Below are positions 1-5,866 of a DNA stretch of 6,796 nucleotides, in pieces. Below the pieces are notes generated by a model. That model worked only from the letters and a program-made list of their open reading frames with translations, was not told the origin of the DNA and searched no databases. The stretch covers positions 1 to 6,796 of the forward strand of contig SUPR01000144.1 of assembly GCA_005191425.1 (NCBI GenBank), written 5' to 3'. The position numbers and the translations under genes are program-made. This DNA is from Candidatus Helarchaeota ASGARD archaeon Hel_GB_B. Lineage in GTDB: Archaea; Asgardarchaeota; Lokiarchaeia; Helarchaeales; HEL-GB-B. How positions within the stretch are numbered: position 1 is the stretch's first letter; each line of letters opens with the position of its first letter.

Positions 1-493
1 CTTGTACCTCTTTGAAATAGAGTCTTAATCCGCGAAAATAATCAAGTGCATCTTCTTTAGTTTTTAGAAGGTCAATGTCTTTTAAAAGTTTATCGATCTG
101 GCGTTTAATACGGAAAGGGTGTTGAAATCGTTCTAGTGGGGCTATAAGTCCCATAAAAGTAAATTTCTCAGCCCATTTTTCTCTCAATAATTCTAGATAT
201 GATTTACCTTCATCAGTAATTATATATAACTTAGTCGCTTTTCCATTAATAACTTTATTTTTGCTTTTTACATATCCTTTCTTTTCTAACTCGTCAAGGA
301 TCCGTAATAGATTTGTCCTAGGAATATTGTATTTATTGTATAAAAAAGAGCCTGAAATTCCATTTTTCTGATCTTTTAGAATCCATAGAATAAAAAGTTG
401 TTTTATTTCTTTAAATCCTTCGTATCTAAATGGGATAGGCGGGAAAATATGATGAAGTCCATTTATATTATGAGAATTAAATCTTCTAAACAT
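1..493 (-). CDS. PadR/MarR-like winged helix-turn-helix transcriptional regulator (3' end runs off the window; at least 164 aa)
   Basis: Manual translation from ATG at 493 is open to the window edge: MFRRFNSHNINGLHHIFPPIPFRYEGFKEIKQLFILWILKDQKNGISGSFLYNKYNIPRTNLLRILDELEKKGYVKSKNKVINGKATKLYIITDEGKSYLELLREKWAEKF...FKEVQ. The segment LxxLEKKGYV...KLYxITDEGKxYL...W matches the PadR-type wHTH wing and C-terminal helix. SD-like AGTGA at 504-500. Missed by the ORF track because there is no stop codon in the window. Confidence 0.85.
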   Translation of the reverse strand, partial: MFRRFNSHNINGLHHIFPPIPFRYEGFKEIKQLFILWILKDQKNGISGSFLYNKYNIPRTNLLRILDELEKKGYVKSKNKVINGKATKLYIITDEGKSYLELLREKWAEKFTFMGLIAPLERFQHPFRIKRQIDKLLKDIDLLKTKEDALDYFRGLRLYFKEVQ

Positions 494-524
494 TTTTAAT
501 CACTGATTATATATAAAAAATTGT

Positions 525-540
525 CATTTAAATACTTTGC
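525..540 (-). promoter_or_regulatory. Putative archaeal BRE/TATA promoter of the PadR-like gene
   Basis: Minus strand reads GCAAAGTA-TTTAAATG (540-525), with the TATA-like box ending about 32 nt upstream of the ATG. A second TATA-like TTTATATA (517-510) is probably too close to the start codon. The region is AT-rich, so chance matches are likely. Confidence 0.3.
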
Positions 541-564
541 CCATTCCGGTCACCATAACGGACA
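538..564. promoter_or_regulatory. 27-bp imperfect inverted repeat (candidate operator or RNA hairpin)
   Basis: TGCCCATTCCGGT-C-ACCATAACGGACA. 9 of 13 arm positions are complementary. GC is 15/27, against about 14% in the flanking intergenic DNA. Confidence 0.4.
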
Positions 565-570
565 TTTCAC

Positions 571-588
571 AAAATTAAAGAAATTAAA
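571..588 (-). terminator. Oligo-T tract downstream of the crotonase pair (possible archaeal-type terminator)
   Basis: Minus strand TTTAATTTCTTTAATTTT begins 8 nt after the TAA at 599-597. There is no GC hairpin before it. Confidence 0.3.
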
Positions 589-596
589 TTGTTAGA

Positions 597-1391
597 TTAT
601 TTTCCGATGAATTTAGGCTTTTCTTTCTGGTTTATTGCCTTAACACCAATTTTATAATCTTGAGTAAGCGCAGACAATACTTGTTCTTGTCTTTCTTTTT
701 CCAGATGTTCTTCAAAACTAGTAGTTAATGCCTCTAAAAATAACTTTTTAGTTCTGGCATAAGCTAATGTTGGTCCATTTGCTAATTCATTAGCCAATTT
801 TAAAGCTTCTTTTTCAAGATCTTCTGCCGGTACCACTTTATTGATTAATCCCAGCTTTAATAATTCATTTGGACTAATCATTTTACCAAGAAAACAAAAT
901 TCAGCTGCTTTTTGCCATGAAATTTGATTAATTAATAAATGAGTTCCTAATGCACCGGGTATTAAACCCAATTTACTAAAACTTTCTGCAAATTTAGCCT
1001 CTTCAGATGCTATTATTAAATCGCAACTTAATGCCAAATTCATTCCTGCACCAATTGAGAATCCATTAACTGCTGCAATTATAGGTTTTGGATATTTTCT
1101 TAATTGAATAGTAATTCCATAAATTTCTTTTGTAAGATTATCCATATATTTATCAGGAGTACCATCTTCAATTGACTTTAACATTCCTTTAATATCTCCA
1201 CCTGCACTAAAACTTCGTCCAGAACCAGTAATTATTATTGCTCTAATTTTTTGGTCTGTTTTCAATTTATCAAGAGCTAAAGATAATTCTTGAGAAGTTT
1301 CAATATTTAGTGGATTTAATTTATCAGTATTAATAAAACGAATTAATGCCACTTTTTCATAAAATTCGATTTTAATATTATTATAAGCCAT
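597..1391 (-). CDS. Enoyl-CoA hydratase/isomerase (crotonase) family protein, PaaG-like subgroup, catalytic acids absent (crotonase B)
   Basis: Crotonase motifs: IIITGSGRSFSAGGDI, PKPIIAAVNGFSIGAGMNLALSCD, FAESFSKLGLIPG, C-terminal DYKIGVKAINQKEKPKF. The ORF track starts at GTG 1403, but that GTG lies inside the SD-like AGGTGA (1405-1400), which sits 8 nt before ATG 1391. ATG 1391 is therefore the preferred start (264 aa). Confidence 0.93.
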   Translation of the reverse strand: MAYNNIKIEFYEKVALIRFINTDKLNPLNIETSQELSLALDKLKTDQKIRAIIITGSGRSFSAGGDIKGMLKSIEDGTPDKYMDNLTKEIYGITIQLRKYPKPIIAAVNGFSIGAGMNLALSCDLIIASEEAKFAESFSKLGLIPGALGTHLLINQISWQKAAEFCFLGKMISPNELLKLGLINKVVPAEDLEKEALKLANELANGPTLAYARTKKLFLEALTTSFEEHLEKERQEQVLSALTQDYKIGVKAINQKEKPKFIGK

Positions 1392-1399
1392 TTTAATCT

Positions 1400-2191
1400 T
1401 CACCTACCTTTAAATACTGGATTTCTTTTTTCAAAAAATGCTCTAACACCTTCAGCAAAATCTTCAGAACCGGATACTTCAATTTGAATTGTTCGTTCGT
1501 CATCTAGTTCTTTTTCAGGTGTTTTAATAAATGTGGTATTTAATAATTTTTTTGTATTTAATATATTCAAAGGAGGCAATTTAGAGCATTTGTCGGCGAG
1601 ATTTTCGATAAATTTATCAATCTCTTTATCTGGTATTGCACCATTAATAATTCCCCATTGTTCCGCTTTATTTGCTTTAATTCCACCCAGCCAAAAGAAT
1701 TCTTTAGCCCGGTGCAGCCCTATCAAGCGGGGTATTGTAAACGAGCCAGATCCATCAACACTAAGACCCACATTTACAAATGCTTCATCTAAAATTGCAT
1801 TTTCCTCAGCATATACTAAATCACAACATAATATTAAATTTAATCCAGCTCCATATGCGCCACCATGAATTTTACCAATAACTATTTTTGGGATATTCAT
1901 TATTTTTAAAGCACATTTATGAAGGATTTCAGAGATATCCGCGATTTTTTGCTGAGCAGTACCTTCCTCTATAGCTTGTAAAAATTCTTTCACGTTTCCA
2001 CCACTTGAAAAAAGTTTTCCATTGCCAGTAAAAATTATTACTTTAATATTAGAATCTTTTTCACAATCATCAAGTGCAGAATATAGTTCATTTAAAATTT
2101 CAACATTTAGAGCATTAAAATTCTTTGGAGAATTTAGTGCTATTACTGCTATTTTATTCTTTTTTTCTAATTCTATTAATCGATAATTCAA
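1400..2191 (-). CDS. Enoyl-CoA hydratase/isomerase (crotonase) family protein, PaaG/enoyl-CoA isomerase-like (crotonase A)
   Basis: Motifs: IIFTGNGKLFSSGGNV, IHGGAYGAGLNLILCCD, DEAFVNVGLSVDGSG (Asp at the position of the PaaG PDSGG catalytic Asp), C-terminal DFAEGVRAFFEKRNPVFKGR. The ORF track starts at GTG 2200. TTG 2191 is preferred (263 aa) because GGTGA (2201-2197) lies 5 nt upstream and this codon aligns with the ATG of crotonase B. Confidence 0.93.
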   Translation of the reverse strand: MNYRLIELEKKNKIAVIALNSPKNFNALNVEILNELYSALDDCEKDSNIKVIIFTGNGKLFSSGGNVKEFLQAIEEGTAQQKIADISEILHKCALKIMNIPKIVIGKIHGGAYGAGLNLILCCDLVYAEENAILDEAFVNVGLSVDGSGSFTIPRLIGLHRAKEFFWLGGIKANKAEQWGIINGAIPDKEIDKFIENLADKCSKLPPLNILNTKKLLNTTFIKTPEKELDDERTIQIEVSGSEDFAEGVRAFFEKRNPVFKGR

Positions 2192-2223
2192 AATTTTCAC
2201 CGAATTGAATTAATTAATGATTT

Positions 2224-2244
2224 TTTTATAAGAGAAAATTTTCT
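2224..2244 (-). promoter_or_regulatory. Putative TATA box (TTATAAAA, 2231-2224) of the crotonase operon with an adjacent 12-bp perfect palindrome AGAAAATTTTCT (2233-2244)
   Basis: The TATA-like box lies 33-40 nt upstream of the proposed TTG. The palindrome occupies the expected BRE position. The AT-rich context lowers its significance. Confidence 0.3.
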
Positions 2245-2521
2245 AATTAATTAAAAAATATTTTTCTATTATTTATTAATTCAAAGAGTAAAAGTATTAG
2301 AATTTAATAAAAGTACATATAAATTACTATATAAATAAATTGATATTCGTAAAATTAATATCTCAAAATTAAACTTTTATTTTAGAATTGTGTTTAAAAT
2401 TATATTTCACCTAAATATTTTCTATATAAATAATCAATTCTAAACATGCTCTGTTTGAAATTTATGAAATTAAATTTAATATATCACTTTTAAAAATCTT
2501 TAAAAAATATGAAATTAGGAA

Positions 2522-4357
2522 ATGCATATGGTTGAATCAAAAACATTGATGAAAAATTTAAATCAAATAAAATTGGCCATTGATATTCAAGATATTAAAA
2601 TAAAAATCGATTACTTTTTAAGTAAAATAGAAAATTTAGGAGATAAATTTAATAAGAACCTAATTTTAAGGTTAATAGATAAAAGTATTTTCAATTATAA
2701 TATTATAGAGCGGTTTCAAACTAAAATATTAATTGATTATTTGATTGGTCGGCTGAAAAAGTTAGAAAATATTGAATTAAAAGAATTATCCCAAGAATTA
2801 ATTAAAAGAATACCAGGATATTTAATTAAAATTGTAAAGAATTGTTTAGATTTAAGTCATATACAAATATTTCAATTTATTGAAGATTTAGATACTGATT
2901 TAGAAATTAGATATAATACATATCTGGAAATTTCATCGTTTTTTAATGATATTTTGAATAATATAGATAAACATCCTAAATTTACTAATCTTGAAAGAGA
3001 AAGAATAGCTAAAATTTTAGCAGATATACATGGAATATATTTATATAAATATTCTAATAGCGACAAAATCAAGAATTTTCATTTACAATTTAAAGAAAAT
3101 TATGAGAAATTAATTTTAACACTACAAAAGCAGGATTTAATTAATGATTTATCGAAATTGACCACATCTAATGAGATATTTAATATTAATTTAAAAATGT
3201 TGGAAAATGATTATGATAAAGAGTTTATTGTTTTAAGTCCATTGAGGTTAGGACTTTCGAGTGCAAATGCTTCAGATAATCATACTAGAGCAAAGGAAAA
3301 AGGGAGCAAAGCATTAAATGCTTCTATTAATATTTCAATGAATTTTAATGATAATCCTCAAATACCAATAGCAGTTAGAGCTCGACGATTAAATGAACCA
3401 CAGTTAATTATTAAATCAATTGACTTAAAAGAAGAATTTATACTGGATAAATTAGATGACAAAAATTATCAGAAATTTTTCAAATATATAAGAAATGAAG
3501 ATGAATTAAAATTATTAAAACAATCATTAGTCCATGTAGGTATAATAAAAAGAAATTCTAATGACCCACTAAATGATATTCTTAAATTTACGGGTAATGG
3601 TGGTCTAGAGCTAACTACACATGTAAAAGTCTTTAAGGGTACTGGATTGGGGACAAGTAGTATTCTATCTGCCTCATTATTAATGTGTTTGTACCGAATT
3701 TCAAATCAAATTAAAAATTTAAAATATCCAATACTATATGACCAAAGCATTTTGCTAGAGCAAAGCATCGGGTTTAATAGTGGATGGCAAGATGCAAGAG
3801 GTGTTATTGGTGGAAAAAGTGCAGTTAAGCATTTTATAACAAAGCCTACAAGAGATCTTCCTAAACCAATAATGGAATTTATTGAAGTTGATACCAAGGA
3901 ATTTGAAGAAAGAATAATTTTATTTTATACAGGTATGAAAAGATTTGCAACTGCAAATTTAAATGCGGTTTTAGATGTATATTTATCACGTGATTATAGG
4001 AAATATCATGCAATTCAACAATCATTTATTACTCATGACCAAATGTTGCAAGCTTTAAAAAGAGGAGATTACGATGAATTTGGAAGGGAAGCAACAAATT
4101 ACTGGAATTTAAGAAAAATAATTGACCCAACTGCTACAAATGAAAAACTTGATTATCTTTTTAGTAAATTATCAAGATCTAATACAATTAGTGGCGCTTT
4201 AATGACAGGTGCTGGAGGTGGTGGATTTGCAGTCATCATTACTAAAGAAAATAAAAGGGAAAAAACTATTGAATTATTACAAAATATTAAATTTGAAAAT
4301 AGTTTTGTTGCAAATTATAATTTAAATAAAGAGGGAATAATTTTAAAAGTCAAATAA
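2522..4357 (+). CDS. GHMP-superfamily sugar kinase, L-fucokinase/FKP kinase-domain-like, with an uncharacterised ~230-aa N-terminal helical extension
   Basis: Motif II KGTGLGTSS (aa 372-380). LEQSIGFNSGWQD (catalytic-Asp motif, cf. fucokinase EQxxxTGGGWQDQ). LFYTGMKR (cf. LYYTGITR). YWNLRKIIDP. Motif III TGAGGGGF (aa 562-569). Divergent motif I SPLRLGLSSANASD. AGGA at 2517-2520 favours the second ATG, at 2528. Confidence 0.85.
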   Translation: MHMVESKTLMKNLNQIKLAIDIQDIKIKIDYFLSKIENLGDKFNKNLILRLIDKSIFNYNIIERFQTKILIDYLIGRLKKLENIELKELSQELIKRIPGYLIKIVKNCLDLSHIQIFQFIEDLDTDLEIRYNTYLEISSFFNDILNNIDKHPKFTNLERERIAKILADIHGIYLYKYSNSDKIKNFHLQFKENYEKLILTLQKQDLINDLSKLTTSNEIFNINLKMLENDYDKEFIVLSPLRLGLSSANASDNHTRAKEKGSKALNASINISMNFNDNPQIPIAVRARRLNEPQLIIKSIDLKEEFILDKLDDKNYQKFFKYIRNEDELKLLKQSLVHVGIIKRNSNDPLNDILKFTGNGGLELTTHVKVFKGTGLGTSSILSASLLMCLYRISNQIKNLKYPILYDQSILLEQSIGFNSGWQDARGVIGGKSAVKHFITKPTRDLPKPIMEFIEVDTKEFEERIILFYTGMKRFATANLNAVLDVYLSRDYRKYHAIQQSFITHDQMLQALKRGDYDEFGREATNYWNLRKIIDPTATNEKLDYLFSKLSRSNTISGALMTGAGGGGFAVIITKENKREKTIELLQNIKFENSFVANYNLNKEGIILKVK

Positions 4358-4369
4358 TAATTATAATTA
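4358..4369 (+). promoter_or_regulatory. Possible TATA box for a leaderless or short-leader MFS transcript
   Basis: TTATAATT (4361-4368) lies within the perfect palindrome TAATTATAATTA and ends 25 nt before ATG 4394. The MFS gene has no SD-like sequence. Confidence 0.3.
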
Positions 4370-4393
4370 AAAATTTACGCTGTCGTTTTTTAA

Positions 4394-5839
4394 ATGAATG
4401 CAACAGAATTAAGAAATTCACAAGGAGCACAAACATTCTCTAGATTTGTTTTAATAAAGAAGTTCTGGAAAATTTTGTTAATTCAGTCCGTAGTAGCTAT
4501 TTCTGTTTCAGGAATAATGCTCAATATGTTGGGGATTTCTAATATTATCTGGCCTGGAGAAAACTTCCATAGTTTTGAGTTAGGAATAATTGTTAGTCTC
4601 AAAATGTTAATGGTAGCTTGTATGGGTATTGTATTTGGCTATTTTACAGATAGAATGTCCCGAAAAACTCTATTCTCTATAGTTTTATTTATTATGGGTA
4701 TTGGTAAATTTTTAAACGGATATGTCCCTCTATTTGACTCAAATTTTGCATTTATTTTATTTATTATTTGGTATGCTTTATTGGGAATTGGTCAAGGAGG
4801 GATAGACCCATTAATTTTATCATATTCAAACGATTCGTGTGAATCGGAAATCAGGTCAAGGTTTTTTGGTATTAATGAAGTTTTTAGACAATTTTTTTTA
4901 CTTGTAGGTATGATTTTAAGCGCATGGCTTATTCAAACTGGTAATTGGCGGATTTATTTTTGGTCTACCGGTCTAACACTTATAATTACCAGTATTTTTA
5001 TATTCTTTACCTTAGACGAACCTAAAAGAGGGATTATGCGTCATGAATTAAAATGGATTTTATCAAAAAATATCAACTATAAATATAAATTAAATAAATC
5101 TACCATAAAATCTACCATTTTTTCTAAAACAAATATAATTGCCTTTATAGAAGGAATTTTTACATGGGTATTATTTTCAATTGCTGTTTATTTAATATAT
5201 CCGTATATCCAAAGTCCACCATATAATGTTTCACCAGTAGTATCAAGTTTATTGATGATAATTTTCGGAGTTCCAGGCTCTATAATTGGTGCTATAACTT
5301 TTGCAAAATTATCAGACAAACTAGCAGAGAAAAACCCAAATAACAGGATTTATCTAATAGTATCCTCATTGGTCATTTTATTTTGCGTTATAATTCTCTT
5401 ATTTATAATTCCATTGCCCCCACTTAATATCGAGGAAGCTAATAATATTTCTAATTTGCTTATGTATCCTATTTTTATTATTTTTGGCATATTATTATTT
5501 GTTTTGAGAGCAGTATTAGGTGTCTATAATATAAATCAATCGCCATTACTCCAAATTATAAATTTACCTGAAGCTCAAGGGACTATTAGTGCATGGAATC
5601 AGTTTTTAGAAAAATTTGGCTATGGTCTTGGCCCCTTAATTTCAGGTTATTTGCTAACTCTAACTAATCAAAATTATGTCCAAACGGCTCTTTTTTCATT
5701 ATTTTTAGGATTTCCTTCTATTCTTTTATGGTTGCTTGCTATTAAATGGTTACATAGCGATATTAAAAGAATAAACGAAATTATGGAAATTCGAGCTAAA
5801 GAACTGAAAAATGAAAAAATGGAAAATAAAACTAATTAA
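4394..5839 (+). CDS. Major facilitator superfamily (MFS) transporter, spinster-like
   Basis: About 12 hydrophobic segments in two halves. Motif A-like GIVFGYFTDRMSRK and its C-half echo FAKLSDKLAEK. GNWRIYFW before TM6. DEPKRG after TM6. GYGLGPLISG in TM11. Confidence 0.92.
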   Translation: MNATELRNSQGAQTFSRFVLIKKFWKILLIQSVVAISVSGIMLNMLGISNIIWPGENFHSFELGIIVSLKMLMVACMGIVFGYFTDRMSRKTLFSIVLFIMGIGKFLNGYVPLFDSNFAFILFIIWYALLGIGQGGIDPLILSYSNDSCESEIRSRFFGINEVFRQFFLLVGMILSAWLIQTGNWRIYFWSTGLTLIITSIFIFFTLDEPKRGIMRHELKWILSKNINYKYKLNKSTIKSTIFSKTNIIAFIEGIFTWVLFSIAVYLIYPYIQSPPYNVSPVVSSLLMIIFGVPGSIIGAITFAKLSDKLAEKNPNNRIYLIVSSLVILFCVIILLFIIPLPPLNIEEANNISNLLMYPIFIIFGILLFVLRAVLGVYNINQSPLLQIINLPEAQGTISAWNQFLEKFGYGLGPLISGYLLTLTNQNYVQTALFSLFLGFPSILLWLLAIKWLHSDIKRINEIMEIRAKELKNEKMENKTN

Positions 5840-5852
5840 AAAATTAAGATTT

Positions 5853-5865
5853 AAAGAATAAAAAA
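5853..5865 (-). terminator. T6-containing tract directly after the acyl-CoA synthetase stop (possible archaeal-type terminator)
   Basis: Minus strand TTTTTTATTCTTT begins 1 nt after TAA (5869-5867), in the 27-bp gap between convergent genes. Confidence 0.4.
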
Positions 5866-5866
5866 T

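Noticed and set aside
1533-1868. 111-aa plus-strand ORF
   Set aside because: It lies entirely antisense to the well-supported crotonase A, with no SD and no recognisable motif. It is a shadow ORF.
597-2191. Calling the crotonases paaG of a phenylacetate pathway
   Set aside because: The motifs are PaaG-like, but no other paa gene is in the window and one copy lacks the catalytic Asp. The gene symbol is withheld.
2365-2412. AGGTGA SD-like motif on the minus strand (2412-2407) suggesting a hidden small ORF
   Set aside because: No ATG or TTG follows at a suitable distance, and the in-frame GTG gives only 13 codons before TAA.
2327-2433. 12-bp direct repeat CTATATAAATAA at 2327-2338 and 2422-2433
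   Set aside because: At ~14% GC a rough estimate gives about 0.5 such 12-mer matches by chance in 320 bp. It is not CRISPR-like (two copies only). It could be tandem TATA boxes, but this is unsupported.
2872-3072. 66-aa minus-strand ORF
   Set aside because: Antisense to the kinase N-terminal domain. Its Leu/Ile/Ser-rich sequence is what the reverse frame of AT-rich coding DNA gives.
3706-3897. 63-aa minus-strand ORF
   Set aside because: Antisense to the conserved GWQD region of the kinase, with no independent support.
2522-4357. Calling the kinase fkp, hddA or a mevalonate-pathway kinase
   Set aside because: There is no pyrophosphorylase domain (not fkp). It is much longer than HddA and has a different motif I. 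It lacks the mevalonate kinase PGK(V/I)ILxGEH motif.
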